Shown piece by piece: positions 35,805 to 45,853 of a stretch of 64,000 nt of DNA. Location: the sequence record PP408249.1, one strand, 5' to 3'. Every line of letters starts with the position of its first letter. Position 1 is the first letter of the stretch. Below the pieces are notes generated by a model, which did not search any database, was not told where the DNA came from, and worked only from the letters and a program-made list of their open reading frames with translations. Both the position numbers and the translations under genes were made by a program.

Positions 35805-36449
35805 TTGGAACTTAAAACAGATGAACAGAAATCTATAATAGGAACATTTGCAACTTTAATGTTAACTAGAATATTTGCAGCCGCCGGTGCATATTTAGCA
35901 TTAACTATGCCAATTCTTAATATGAATTTACTTGTGTGTATATTTTCATATTTTGCTATAATGTTTATTATAGATTGTATTAGAACAAATGTGTATGTGT
36001 CTATTGTAGGGAGTGTATTTTTATTATTTTGGCAAGGAATAACATTAGGGAATGGATTAACTGCGTTACTGGGGGAAGTAGCGCCATTATTAGTTTTAGT
36101 TATGTTTACTATAAGTTCGTTTTTATATATGTTTCTTTGTGCAAACGCAATTATGTCAAAAAACATTTTTAGTTTCGCGTCGTCATTTAATGTTTCTATA
36201 GCAATGACTTTGCTTGTGACCATAGTAATGTCTATACTATTAGATCTATCAGTCAGTTATTGTATAGGCAGTATGATAATAAACGTGATTAATTGCGTGG
36301 TAATACTCAAAACATTAGAAGATTGTATAAACGAAAAATGTGAAAATATATCTATGCAAAAACTATCTACAACTGTAGTATTATTTTGGTACGATACAAT
36401 AATGGAGTCTATAGAGAAACTTTTAAAACTATTTACATATAAGCGGTAA
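35805..36449 (+). CDS. multi-pass membrane protein, Bax inhibitor-1/YccA-like
   Basis: TTG 35805 after AAGGAG; about 7 hydrophobic segments over about 215 aa; adjacent to ftsH. Confidence 0.5.
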   Translation: MELKTDEQKSIIGTFATLMLTRIFAAAGAYLALTMPILNMNLLVCIFSYFAIMFIIDCIRTNVYVSIVGSVFLLFWQGITLGNGLTALLGEVAPLLVLVMFTISSFLYMFLCANAIMSKNIFSFASSFNVSIAMTLLVTIVMSILLDLSVSYCIGSMIINVINCVVILKTLEDCINEKCENISMQKLSTTVVLFWYDTIMESIEKLLKLFTYKR

Positions 36450-36460
36450 ACAGTTATATT
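36432..36460 (+). promoter_or_regulatory. sigma70-like promoter for ftsH
   Basis: TTTACA-17-TATATT. Confidence 0.5.
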
Positions 36461-36489
36461 ACACACATAACCCCTTATAGGATCAAATA

Positions 36490-38220
36490 ATGCAACATAT
36501 TGTTAAGTTCATAAAAAATAACAGATTTATTATTTTATTTCTTGTAATATGCATAACTGGATTTGCGTTAACGATTAATTACAAGCCGACTAGTGTGTCT
36601 ATAAACACCTTTTTATCAGACGCATCGAGCGGTAAAATAATTAGTGTTAAATTAAAAGAAGATGGACAAACACTACAGTATGTTACTAACACATCAGACA
36701 GAAGAAAAGTAACATTCCCCGGAGATACCAGTAAATTAATAGAATCATTTCTTAAAGCAGGTGTTCCTGTAGTAACTGAAGAACCTTCTACCCCTAGTCC
36801 ATTCCTTACTAGTTTGGTGTCTGGACTTATAGTAATGTTAGTATTTTTAATTTTAATGGTATTCGTTTTGAAGCGAATGGGTCCTGGTTCTTCATTAGAT
36901 GCAAAAAGTAAATCCAAACTTCGCAAGATAGAACCAAAAGACATTGAAGTAACGTTTAACGATGTAGCTGGTCATACTCACGAAATAAATGAAGTAAAAG
37001 AGTTAGTTGATTTTATTGCTCATCGAACTAAGTATTCTAGCATGGGAATAGATGTGCCTCGTGGAATTCTAATGCACGGCAGTCCGGGCGTCGGGAAAAC
37101 ACTTTTAGCAAAGGCAATGGCAAAAGAGGCAAATGTTAATTTTTTCTATGTTGCTGGATCTGAGTTTAATGATACATTTGTCGGTGTAGGTGCAAACCGT
37201 GTAACAGATATGTTTAAAAAAGCAAAGGAAGCTGCGCCGTGCATTATTTTCATAGACGAAATTGATGCACTTGCACAACAACGTTCTACTAAAATATCTA
37301 ATGGGTCAGACCAAACACTCAATCAGTTATTAGTAGAAATGGATGGAATGCAAGATAACGATGGTATTACAATTCTTGCAGCTACTAATAGACTAGATAT
37401 ATTAGACCCGGCTGTTATTCGTCCTAAACGATTTGACAGAATTGTTCAACTAAGTTTACCTGATGTGGGGATTAGACAGAAGATTTTAGAAATAAATGCA
37501 AATGGAAAAACATTTGAAGACAATGTAGATTTTTCAGTAATAGCAAAAGGAACTCCGGGATTCTCTGGTGCTGAGTTAGCTAAACTAGTCAATGAGGCTG
37601 CAATCTATGCAGTAAGGTCTGGGCAAACTGTAATTACCCAGGAGCATGTAGAACGAGCAAAAGATAAGGTGTTAATGGGTGAAAATTCGACAAAGAAATA
37701 TACCCAAGAAGAATTGCTTCGTACTGCATATCATGAAGCCGGTCATGCAATATCGGGTGTAATTTACAAATCTAATGATAACTTGCATAAAGTATCTATC
37801 ATTCCTCGAGGTCTAGCACTAGGTGTAACTGTATTTCTTCCTAACGAAGAGCCTTCTGTTAGCAAAGAGCAGCTCATGAATAAATTAGTTACGTTAATGG
37901 CAGGCCGCGCAGCAGAAGAACTCATATACGGTGAATCTGCAATATCCACTGGCGCTAGTTCAGATATAAAGAGAGCAACCGAACTTGCAGTATACATGAC
38001 TACATCGTGTGGTTTCGGTAGTATAGGACCGGTTGCGACATCGACCCTGTCTAGTTTGCAATCTAGTGCAGAACAAGATGCAGCAATTCTAGTAAAAGAT
38101 GCGTACAATAAGGCCATAACATTACTTTCGGATAAAAAGGCTGAATTAAAACTTGTAGCAGACTTGTTAATGGAAAAAGAAACAATAGATTGTGCAGAAG
38201 TAGAACAAGTTCTTGCATAA
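36490..38220 (+). CDS. ftsH: FtsH membrane AAA+ metalloprotease
   Basis: Two N-terminal TM segments, GSPGVGKT, FVGVG, DEID, TNR...RPKRFDR, HEAGH, GASSDI. Confidence 0.95.
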   Translation: MQHIVKFIKNNRFIILFLVICITGFALTINYKPTSVSINTFLSDASSGKIISVKLKEDGQTLQYVTNTSDRRKVTFPGDTSKLIESFLKAGVPVVTEEPSTPSPFLTSLVSGLIVMLVFLILMVFVLKRMGPGSSLDAKSKSKLRKIEPKDIEVTFNDVAGHTHEINEVKELVDFIAHRTKYSSMGIDVPRGILMHGSPGVGKTLLAKAMAKEANVNFFYVAGSEFNDTFVGVGANRVTDMFKKAKEAAPCIIFIDEIDALAQQRSTKISNGSDQTLNQLLVEMDGMQDNDGITILAATNRLDILDPAVIRPKRFDRIVQLSLPDVGIRQKILEINANGKTFEDNVDFSVIAKGTPGFSGAELAKLVNEAAIYAVRSGQTVITQEHVERAKDKVLMGENSTKKYTQEELLRTAYHEAGHAISGVIYKSNDNLHKVSIIPRGLALGVTVFLPNEEPSVSKEQLMNKLVTLMAGRAAEELIYGESAISTGASSDIKRATELAVYMTTSCGFGSIGPVATSTLSSLQSSAEQDAAILVKDAYNKAITLLSDKKAELKLVADLLMEKETIDCAEVEQVLA

Positions 38221-38247
38221 TATTAAGTAATTAAATAAGGCACTATT

Positions 38248-39618
38248 ATGATTCGTACAATTTTAGACGAAATCGGAAATACTACTAAACGAACTACTAA
38301 ATTAGCTATTCTAGAAAGAAACAAGGATAATGACACATTAAAAAAAGTAATACACTTGGCATTAAATCCATTTATTAACTTTTACATAAAGAAAATACCA
38401 GAATTCACACGAACAGATACTACTCTTACCTTAGAACAAGCACTAACCGAATTATCTGTTCTATCTGATAGAATAAAAACAGGTAATGCTGCAATATTGC
38501 ATCTAACATATATTCTTTCTAGTTTAACAGATGACGATGCAAATGTAATTATTCGGATTATTAGAAAGGATTTACGCGCAGGGATACAAGATGCTACAGT
38601 TAATAAAATATGGAAGGATCTAGTACCTAAATATCCGTGCTTGCTAGCAGAACCTGCAACAGAAAATCTTCTTAGTAAATGCAAATTACCATATTATTCT
38701 CAGATAAAATCAGACGGAACTAGAATTAATATTCATGTTAGTAAATCCGGAATTGTTTCATTTTATGGAAGATCGGGTAAATCATACGATTTTAAAGATA
38801 TTTTAGATGACGCATTTGTTTCGCTAATTAAATATTTTGACGAAGATATGGTTTTTGATGGCGAATTAATAGTTGTAGATTCTAATAATAATATACTCCC
38901 TAGACGGACAGGAAACGGTATCATAAGTAAAGCACAAAGTGATACCATTACAGATAATGAAATAAAGAATGTAAGAGCAATTCTTTGGGATTGTATTCCT
39001 CTTAGATGTTTTAATGAACATAAATGCACTACACCCTATTCTAGTAGATTCGAAAGTTTATCGAATGCAATACATAAATTGCAAGTAGATGATGATTATA
39101 TAGAAAGTAAAATATATAATACTATTTTAGGAAATATAGGGCAAATTAGGTTAGCAGAAACTCGTCTCCTTTATAGCAAAGAGGAAGTAAAAATCTTCTT
39201 CGACGAAGCAATATCTAGAAACGAAGAAGGCATAATGGTAAAATGTCCTGATAGTATATGGGAAAATAAACGAAGTAAGTTAGTATTAAAATATAAATCA
39301 GAAAAAGTATGCGAATTAATTGTAACTGGGTTTAATTACGGAACAGTAGGTACTAAAACAGAACATAAAGTTGGATCATTAATATGTGAAAGTTCAGACG
39401 GTAAGGTAATAGTCAACATATCCGGTTTAACTGACAGCGAACGCGATGATGCAACAGCAAATTTTGAAAATAAATGGAAACATAGCATAGTGAGTGTTAT
39501 GTATAATGAAAGAATTAAAAGCGTAGACCGAATGGATGTTGATTCGCTTTTTCTTCCTAGATTTTTAGAAATAAGAACAGATAAATTTGAAGCAGATTCT
39601 AGCAAAGATATAAAATAA
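38248..39618 (+). CDS. ATP-dependent DNA ligase (gp30-like)
   Basis: IKSDG, FDGEL, EEGIMVK, RSK..LKYK, LFLPRF.EIRTDK. Confidence 0.92.
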   Translation: MIRTILDEIGNTTKRTTKLAILERNKDNDTLKKVIHLALNPFINFYIKKIPEFTRTDTTLTLEQALTELSVLSDRIKTGNAAILHLTYILSSLTDDDANVIIRIIRKDLRAGIQDATVNKIWKDLVPKYPCLLAEPATENLLSKCKLPYYSQIKSDGTRINIHVSKSGIVSFYGRSGKSYDFKDILDDAFVSLIKYFDEDMVFDGELIVVDSNNNILPRRTGNGIISKAQSDTITDNEIKNVRAILWDCIPLRCFNEHKCTTPYSSRFESLSNAIHKLQVDDDYIESKIYNTILGNIGQIRLAETRLLYSKEEVKIFFDEAISRNEEGIMVKCPDSIWENKRSKLVLKYKSEKVCELIVTGFNYGTVGTKTEHKVGSLICESSDGKVIVNISGLTDSERDDATANFENKWKHSIVSVMYNERIKSVDRMDVDSLFLPRFLEIRTDKFEADSSKDIK

Positions 39619-39627
39619 GGATATTTT

Positions 39628-39789
39628 ATGATAAATGTAGGCGACGATGTTATTATTAAAACCGAATTTGGCGAGACATGCGGCATTGTTATAAAATTTA
39701 TATCTAATAAAACTATTGCTATAGTAGAATTAGAAGACGGTAACGAAATAGAAATAGGCAAAGGCGACTTAGAGTTGAGTAATAAATAA
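39628..39789 (+). CDS. small SH3/KOW-like protein (53 aa, not in ORF track)
   Basis: AAGGA SD; MINVGDDVIIKTEFGETCGIVIKF...; fills the gap exactly. Confidence 0.55.
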   Translation: MINVGDDVIIKTEFGETCGIVIKFISNKTIAIVELEDGNEIEIGKGDLELSNK

Positions 39790-39808
39790 TAAAAAAGGAT
39801 ATATTATT

Positions 39809-40318
39809 ATGACATTACCTTCTTCAGGTTCTCTTTCTACACAGCAAATTAACGTCGAATTAGGAAATCCACAAGATGCTCGGTTAGATGTAAACGCTGC
39901 CGAAATGAGGATATTATGTGGTGCAGCAACTACAGGGCAAGTAAGTATTGCTGGCGCATATGGTAGAATGCCAACAGGACAATATATATTAACTTCTGCT
40001 CAGTTGCAAGCTGCACCGAATGCCCAATATGGATATAGAGTGTTTGCGACAGGTTCTAAAATAAACAATATTGTTTTTAAAGGATACAATTTAACTATAG
40101 TTGCATGGAATGATTACGATAAAGTGCTAGGAATAGGTGTCGATCAAACTAATGCACCAACCAACTTAGTAACTAATTTCTGGAGTTCTGTAACCGGTTA
40201 TTTAGGTGCACCAACACAATATACTTCAGATTTAGGAGGTAATACAGTATACGGATGGACCTGGAATGGTACAAATCCATTCCCTGTATCTTCGGTTCAA
40301 ATGGTGCAAATTGTGTAA
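39809..40318 (+). CDS. probable tail-tip/adhesin-like virion protein
   Basis: MTLPSSGSLSTQQINVELG N-terminal motif of small phage tail proteins; aromatic-rich C-terminus; AATAAATA at 39781. Confidence 0.5.
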   Translation: MTLPSSGSLSTQQINVELGNPQDARLDVNAAEMRILCGAATTGQVSIAGAYGRMPTGQYILTSAQLQAAPNAQYGYRVFATGSKINNIVFKGYNLTIVAWNDYDKVLGIGVDQTNAPTNLVTNFWSSVTGYLGAPTQYTSDLGGNTVYGWTWNGTNPFPVSSVQMVQIV

Positions 40319-40347
40319 AATAAAAGGGCATTGAGCCCTTTTATTTT
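40317..40347 (+). terminator. bidirectional intrinsic terminator
   Basis: AAAATAAAAGGGC-ATTGA-GCCCTTTTATTTT. Confidence 0.8.
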
Positions 40348-40379
40348 ATCATAATTGTGTATATATTTTATATATTTGG

Positions 40380-40388
40380 TGTTATAAT
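40380..40388 (+). promoter_or_regulatory. extended -10 promoter
   Basis: TGtTATAAT upstream of 40415. Confidence 0.5.
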
Positions 40389-40414
40389 GTATACAATAAC
40401 AAGAGAATATTATA

Positions 40415-41188
40415 ATGACACCACGTTTAAAAGAATTACTAGAATCACTTATAATTTTAGATACAGAAACTACACATTTAGATACTCGTGTAGCAGAAAT
40501 AATAGAATTAGGTATAGCGTCTTATACTAACAAATGGACTTATAGTAGTGAATTATTTAAACCCAGAGTTAATCATGCGCAAATAACTCCTAAAATAAGT
40601 TCTATAACTGGCATAACAGATCGTATGGTAGAAGGAAAACCTACTTTTGCCGATGTAGTCGACCAATACAAATCTATTACAAACTGCCAATTAATAGTTG
40701 CACACAATGCTCCGTATGATAAAAAGGTATTAGAGAGATATAACATAGCATCTAGCACTAATTGGTTGTGTACTTTAAAACTTGCACGATATGCATATCA
40801 AACCGATCCTACTTTTGAAGAATTTAAATTATCTTATCTAAGATATAAATTAATGTTAGATATTCCTGACGATTTCGTAGCGCATAGAGCAGGAGAAGAT
40901 GCATATATGTGCGGTGTATTATTAGAACGAATAGTAACTGATTTAGAGTCTAAGAATAAATTAGATAGTGATATACCGTATGCAGATCAACTTATAGAAA
41001 TATCTAATAAGCCGTTAATGCTTTCGTCTATGCCATTTGGCAAACATAAAGATAAACCCTTAGATGAAGTTCCAATGGACTATTGGATTTGGGCATTAAA
41101 TAATTTAGATGCATTAGACGAAACAAAACCCGAATATAATAGAGACTTAGCGTATACATTAGAACAATATTTGAGCGACAAGATATAA
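40415..41188 (+). CDS. DEDDh 3'-5' exonuclease (ExoX/DnaQ-like)
   Basis: LDTETT, VAHNAPYD, HRAGEDA; C-terminal MPFGKHK domain. Confidence 0.88.
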   Translation: MTPRLKELLESLIILDTETTHLDTRVAEIIELGIASYTNKWTYSSELFKPRVNHAQITPKISSITGITDRMVEGKPTFADVVDQYKSITNCQLIVAHNAPYDKKVLERYNIASSTNWLCTLKLARYAYQTDPTFEEFKLSYLRYKLMLDIPDDFVAHRAGEDAYMCGVLLERIVTDLESKNKLDSDIPYADQLIEISNKPLMLSSMPFGKHKDKPLDEVPMDYWIWALNNLDALDETKPEYNRDLAYTLEQYLSDKI

Positions 41189-41214
41189 AAATGCCCCGTA
41201 CGGGGCATTTTTAT
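41185..41214. terminator. perfect 30-bp palindrome / terminator between convergent genes
   Basis: ATAAAAATGCCCCGT|ACGGGGCATTTTTAT. Confidence 0.85.
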
Positions 41215-41582
41215 CTATCCATAATATTTCCGGGACCATATGGAATATCGTTGTATTGTTTATAACTAGGATCTATTTTTTGGTAAGGCTCAAACGGTAA
41301 TCCTGCACGTTCTTTTGCCATTTGTAAACCTCTAAAACCAGGAGATTGTGTATCGTCGTTTTTTGGATGATTATTAAATGGTTTATTGGCAGGATTTTTC
41401 GGAATAGTTTTAAATACAGGAGTCGGTCCGTCGCCTGTCATACCCAAAACAGCATATCTCTTAATCTGTTTTTGATTATTAGTATATAATTCTGGATTGT
41501 AAAATGCATCAATGTCAGTGTTTGCAGCACCGTACAATTCTATATGTGTTTTATTTTCTAGTATTATTTCTTTTATTTTCAT
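41211..41582 (-). CDS. hypothetical (probable late/head) protein
   Basis: MKIKEIILEN start at 41582, 5 nt downstream of minus-strand GATAAATA (41588-41595). Confidence 0.65.
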   Translation of the reverse strand: MKIKEIILENKTHIELYGAANTDIDAFYNPELYTNNQKQIKRYAVLGMTGDGPTPVFKTIPKNPANKPFNNHPKNDDTQSPGFRGLQMAKERAGLPFEPYQKIDPSYKQYNDIPYGPGNIMDR

Positions 41583-41616
41583 AACAATATTTATCATACT
41601 AAACTTTAATTATAAC

Positions 41617-41645
41617 TAGACGATGTATAATAACATTGCTATTAT
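41617..41645 (+). promoter_or_regulatory. sigma70-like promoter for clpP
   Basis: TAGACG-17-TATTAT with extended -10 TGc. Confidence 0.55.
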
Positions 41646-41678
41646 ATACACAACGTAAACAAACACAGGACTTATTAT

Positions 41679-42350
41679 ATGAGCTACAATTATACAGCAC
41701 AAGGACAATATCCTACCGAAGCTGGTTTGATTCCCATGGTTGTCGAAAATAACGGCAACGGCGAACGTAGCTGGGATATTTATTCCCGTCTTCTAAAAGA
41801 GCGCATTGTTTTTCTTAATGGTCCAGTTCGCGACGAAATGGCATCCGTAATTGTTGCCCAGCTTCTTTTCCTCGAATCAGAATCGGCAGAACAGCCCGTT
41901 TCGATGTATATTAATTCTCCGGGCGGCAGCGTTACTGCTGGCTTGTCTATTTACAACACGATGGAATATATTTCGTGTCCCGTTAATACCATCGTGTTAG
42001 GCCAAGCATGCAGTATGGGGTCTTTCCTAGCACAAGCAGGTACTCCGGGGCATCGTTATGTGTCTAGCGAATCCCGCACTATGATTCATCGAGCCAGCGG
42101 CGGCTTCGGGGGATTCGGCGGCACAACTCAACAAGTTGAGTTAGGAATCGAAGATGCTGTCCGCCATGCAGCAGAACTATCTAAAATTAACAAGCGTCTC
42201 ACTGAGCTGTATGTCCATCATAACACTGCCGGCAAGACGTTCGACGAATTTATCGAAATTATGAAATTCGACACATTCCTCTCTGCTCAAGAAGCAGTTG
42301 AGTTCGGGTTGGCAGACAAAGTATTCCGCACTAAAGCTGACCTGAAGTAA
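41679..42350 (+). CDS. clpP: ClpP serine protease
   Basis: [35 protein letters not shown] (Ser), MIH (His), DTF (Asp). Confidence 0.96.
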   Translation: MSYNYTAQGQYPTEAGLIPMVVENNGNGERSWDIYSRLLKERIVFLNGPVRDEMASVIVAQLLFLESESAEQPVSMYINSPGGSVTAGLSIYNTMEYISCPVNTIVLGQACSMGSFLAQAGTPGHRYVSSESRTMIHRASGGFGGFGGTTQQVELGIEDAVRHAAELSKINKRLTELYVHHNTAGKTFDEFIEIMKFDTFLSAQEAVEFGLADKVFRTKADLK

Positions 42351-42376
42351 CTATTCACTGTAGCTGGTGATAATTT

Positions 42377-42402
42377 AAGGGGACTTCGGTCCCCTTTTTT
42401 TG
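42377..42402 (+). terminator. intrinsic terminator with cUUCGg loop
   Basis: AAGGGGAC-TTCG-GTCCCCTTTTTTT. Confidence 0.9.
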
Positions 42403-42473
42403 TGTGAGCATTATTTGTTTAAGGTAAATTAAATAACACTATATAAATGTCGTGTGTAGTGTTTTAAATGCAT

Positions 42474-42502
42474 TAAAAACCCCGCATTATGCGGGGTTTT
42501 TA
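42474..42502. terminator. bidirectional terminator
   Basis: TAAAAACCCCGCAT-T-ATGCGGGGTTTTTA. Confidence 0.8.
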
Positions 42503-42559
42503 GTAATTGTGTTACAGCGCAAACACATAAACATTATACGCTAAATTGTGTTAAAAATG

Positions 42560-42790
42560 CTACTCGTCTATGTAATATTTAATGCGTTGAAATACCAACT
42601 CATCATATTCTTTAAATCTTACACGGGTTCCTAGCCTAACACATTTGTTTATTCCGAGCTCTGCTACTACATCTATAGCATCTTTTATATTTTTAAACTG
42701 TAATTGGTTGTTTTCCCAAGAATTCCAGTTTGTAATATATGTTTTTGCATGCATATAAGATTCACCGTATGTTTTTTGCTCTTCAGACAT
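42560..42790 (-). CDS. hypothetical protein
   Basis: 76 aa with SD, followed by a terminator. Confidence 0.6.
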   Translation of the reverse strand: MSEEQKTYGESYMHAKTYITNWNSWENNQLQFKNIKDAIDVVAELGINKCVRLGTRVRFKEYDELVFQRIKYYIDE

Positions 42791-42821
42791 TGTATTTTCC
42801 TATATATTAAACGAAAACAAC

Positions 42822-42849
42822 TTGCTTTTGTATAAAATTATGTTATAAT
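42822..42849 (+). promoter_or_regulatory. sigma70-like promoter
   Basis: TTGCTT-16-TATAAT with extended -10 TGt. Confidence 0.6.
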
Positions 42850-42877
42850 TCTAGCATAATAAAAAGGAGTAAGTCAA

Positions 42878-43135
42878 ATGGATTTTAGTAATCTTCCTAA
42901 GAAACAATACACCACTACAGGAAACTATGTACAGGCTACTACTATTTTTAAAAATAAAAATACAGAATGGACTTTTGTAGATCTAGAACTAGATTTATCT
43001 GATATTGTAAATAAATCTTTGGTAATTTGGTGTGATGAAAACGTAGAATCTAAATGGACCATGCTCGGCGGATCTAAATTTGGGTTCGAAGATGGCTCGG
43101 AAGCGCTAATGTTCAAATTACAGTTTGGACTTTAA
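42878..43135 (+). CDS. small protein of repeated W..EN..F.F..A..F.L family
   Basis: WCDENV...FGFEDGSEALMFKLQF; AAGGAG SD. Confidence 0.7.
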   Translation: MDFSNLPKKQYTTTGNYVQATTIFKNKNTEWTFVDLELDLSDIVNKSLVIWCDENVESKWTMLGGSKFGFEDGSEALMFKLQFGL

Positions 43136-43150
43136 TAGGAGCTAATAACA

Positions 43151-43351
43151 ATGATGAGCCTAGATGATAAATTGCAAATTATAAATTCTTCTAGTTTAGA
43201 AGATTTGTATATTTTCCAAGAAACTTACAGTAAGCTATTAGAAGATAATAGGTATTGTTATGATAAAGATGTTGAAATACTTTGTTCAACAACTAATGAG
43301 CGTATTAGGCAAATCTCGCGAGAATTCATCAACCATACGCATAGATCCTAA
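43151..43351 (+). CDS. hypothetical protein
   Basis: GGAG SD, 66 aa. Confidence 0.55.
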   Translation: MMSLDDKLQIINSSSLEDLYIFQETYSKLLEDNRYCYDKDVEILCSTTNERIRQISREFINHTHRS

Positions 43352-43517
43352 TCCCCACACTGCAGAAACATTACACAAACTTATACTCTGGTGTAATGAA
43401 AATTGTAGATACAAATGGGAATTAGATGTAGAACATAATTCGGGTAAAATTACTAGATATATATTTACTTTTAGAAATAAAGAAGAAGCAGTAACATTTG
43501 GATTAATGCATAAATGA
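43260..43517 (+). CDS. small protein of repeated W..EN family (start uncertain)
   Basis: WCNENC...FTFRNKEEAVTFGL. Confidence 0.55.
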   Translation: MIKMLKYFVQQLMSVLGKSRENSSTIRIDPNPHTAETLHKLILWCNENCRYKWELDVEHNSGKITRYIFTFRNKEEAVTFGLMHK

Positions 43518-44548
43518 TTAGAATACCGGAAGAAATTTTTGTAGGAACTAGAATTCCCAATGCATCAGGAACACAAAAAACTAACCAAATTCCTGCAGGT
43601 GGAATGTGTCCTTACGAAAAAACAAGACACCAGAAAATGGAGTCTATAAATAGATATTATAAAAATAGCACCACTGTATACGCAAACCAGCCCTTGCCAG
43701 GATTTACTATAATTAAATCATCAACTTGGCGAGGAAATACTAGTCTGTGGACTGTATGTGATCCCAGAGGGTTTACAATAGAGATAAGCTCAAACAACAT
43801 TACTTCTATTCTAAGTTGTGGCAGCATCTCAGAAGGATTAATCCAAGACAAATGTGTGTGGGGATATGATTCTGGCGAAAACGTATTAATACCAGAATCG
43901 TCTAGTCTATATAAATCTGCCAGAGAAAATACTAAACTATTAGAGTCGAAAATTAAATTATCCGAAGTTCCTATAGGATCTTGGGTGAAATTAAAATCTA
44001 AAGTAGAGTGCGTATATCTAGGATCATTTAATTTTATAGAACTTTGCGGACAATATTATTATCAAACTAAGAGTCATTCATATGAATTACTATCTACTGC
44101 AAAGAAAAAATTGCTCTTTGCAAAAATAGATAATATTAGTAATACATTAACATATTTTATAGAATCTACAAATAAGATTGCAACTGTAGGTAATGTATTA
44201 GATGAGTTTAGTGACAAAGATGTAAATAGGGATAATTTTAATAAAATTGCATCAGATCAATACACTAAACTAGACAAATACGATTGTATTGTGCCTTTTA
44301 ATATCTTTGGTGCATTTAACAAAAAAGTAGAAATAGAAAATGTAAATGTATCTAGTGATATAGACGAACATGCATATTCTATAAAATTAATGTACCACGT
44401 AATGGGACATTTTACACTTGGTAGACGCAATTATAATTATTATATATTTAAACCGGATGGCACGCATAAATTATCTGTAGAATGGAATTCTAGAAATCCA
44501 TTGCCAAGTACAACAGAACACGGATATTTGAATATTAAATTTAAATAA
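43514..44548 (+). CDS. hypothetical protein
   Basis: 344 aa; DPRGFTIEISSNN motif. Confidence 0.75.
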   Translation: MIRIPEEIFVGTRIPNASGTQKTNQIPAGGMCPYEKTRHQKMESINRYYKNSTTVYANQPLPGFTIIKSSTWRGNTSLWTVCDPRGFTIEISSNNITSILSCGSISEGLIQDKCVWGYDSGENVLIPESSSLYKSARENTKLLESKIKLSEVPIGSWVKLKSKVECVYLGSFNFIELCGQYYYQTKSHSYELLSTAKKKLLFAKIDNISNTLTYFIESTNKIATVGNVLDEFSDKDVNRDNFNKIASDQYTKLDKYDCIVPFNIFGAFNKKVEIENVNVSSDIDEHAYSIKLMYHVMGHFTLGRRNYNYYIFKPDGTHKLSVEWNSRNPLPSTTEHGYLNIKFK

Positions 44549-45024
44549 TGAACATATTAGATAAAAAATGGAAAACCAGGTTAATAGAATTAACTAAATT
44601 AATAGCGTCTTGGTCTAAAGATCCATCTACTAAAACGGGTGCATTAATTGTAACTAAAATCGGAGAACCTGTTAGCTTTGGGTTTAATGGATTTCCGAAG
44701 GGAGTAGATGACGACGAATCTCTTTATAATAATAGAGAGTTTAAGTTATTAGCGTGCGAGCACGCAGAGCGAAATGCAATATATCAAGCCACTGTATCAT
44801 TAAAAGGATGTGTTTTATATACAACTCATCATCCGTGTGCATCTTGTGCAAGGGCTATTATTCAGTCCGGTATAACACATGTTATAATAGACGAATCTAT
44901 ATTAATACAAGACACTGGATATAATGACCGATGGACAGAAGAATTAAAAGTATCTAAATGGCTATTTAATCAAGCAAACGTAACAGTATTAACGTCAGGG
45001 GATGACAATGAGCACAAACAATAA
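44548..45024 (+). CDS. dCMP deaminase
   Basis: SKDPSTKTGA, GFNG, HAERNAI, PCASCARAIIQSGI. Confidence 0.9.
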   Translation: MNILDKKWKTRLIELTKLIASWSKDPSTKTGALIVTKIGEPVSFGFNGFPKGVDDDESLYNNREFKLLACEHAERNAIYQATVSLKGCVLYTTHHPCASCARAIIQSGITHVIIDESILIQDTGYNDRWTEELKVSKWLFNQANVTVLTSGDDNEHKQ

Positions 45025-45409
45025 TTATACTAAATTTGTACAGAAACTACTTAGTGAACCGAGTTCTAATTTCGATGCATATATCGATGCACTAAAAAAG
45101 CTCAAAGCAAATGGCTGTAAGATAGAAACATTAGATACTGCAAGCCAAGGTATGCTAGCAGAATCGGGTGAATTTGGGGAAATTGTTAAGAAACTTAAAT
45201 ATCAAGGAAAAGAATATACAGATGATGTGGTATATCATCTAAAACGAGAATTAGGCGACGTAATGTTCTATGTTGTTTCGGCTTGTATTGCACTCGATAT
45301 TTCCCTAGACGAAATAATTGGCATGAACGTGGAAAAACTAGAGGCACGGTATCCGGGAGGAAAATTTAATGTCTATGAATCCGAAGTTCGGAAAGAATCC
45401 GATATATAA
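45002..45409 (+). CDS. MazG-like nucleotide pyrophosphohydrolase
   Basis: AESGEFGEIVKK, RELGDVMFY, NVEKLEARY. Confidence 0.88.
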   Translation: MTMSTNNNYTKFVQKLLSEPSSNFDAYIDALKKLKANGCKIETLDTASQGMLAESGEFGEIVKKLKYQGKEYTDDVVYHLKRELGDVMFYVVSACIALDISLDEIIGMNVEKLEARYPGGKFNVYESEVRKESDI

Positions 45410-45806
45410 CAATATTTATAAAGATATAAGTGGTCAAAGAGACGTATCTAGTGATCCATTTAAATTATATAATAATCCGTTAATGACTCATTTTGATGTA
45501 GCAGAACACATATGTTTTGTCAAAACAGTATGCGGAAGGATTGTACCGTTATGCAATATATTAGAACTTTCTGAAAAGGTTACGGTCGATTGCGACGCAG
45601 GAATTGTGGATATAATTTCAGATAACCAAGCACAGCTTTATATAAATTGCAAAACACAGGGAGGAACTGCATGGTATGGGGTTGATGTGTCACCTGATAA
45701 TTATAGAGAATGTTTAGGTGAGGAATTCTATTTTCAAAATTATGCTATAGTGAAACACGCAATTATCTTAGCTTGGACAAAATATATGTTGCAACATGCG
45801 CAGTAA
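45369..45806 (+). CDS. hypothetical protein (start uncertain)
   Basis: ORF fills gap; true start may be ATG near 45483. Confidence 0.5.
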   Translation: MSMNPKFGKNPIYNNIYKDISGQRDVSSDPFKLYNNPLMTHFDVAEHICFVKTVCGRIVPLCNILELSEKVTVDCDAGIVDIISDNQAQLYINCKTQGGTAWYGVDVSPDNYRECLGEEFYFQNYAIVKHAIILAWTKYMLQHAQ

Positions 45807-45817
45807 TAATATATTAT
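45789..45817 (+). promoter_or_regulatory. sigma70-like promoter
   Basis: TTGCAA-17-TATTAT upstream of 45854. Confidence 0.5.
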
Positions 45818-45853
45818 AAGTACAAATCAACATAACTACCGGGTATCAACGCA

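Noticed and set aside
19542-45420. Antisense TATAAATA copies at 19542, 26912 and 45413 as late antisense promoters
   Set aside because: About 30 chance occurrences of this 8-mer are expected in both strands at about 70% AT; no independent support
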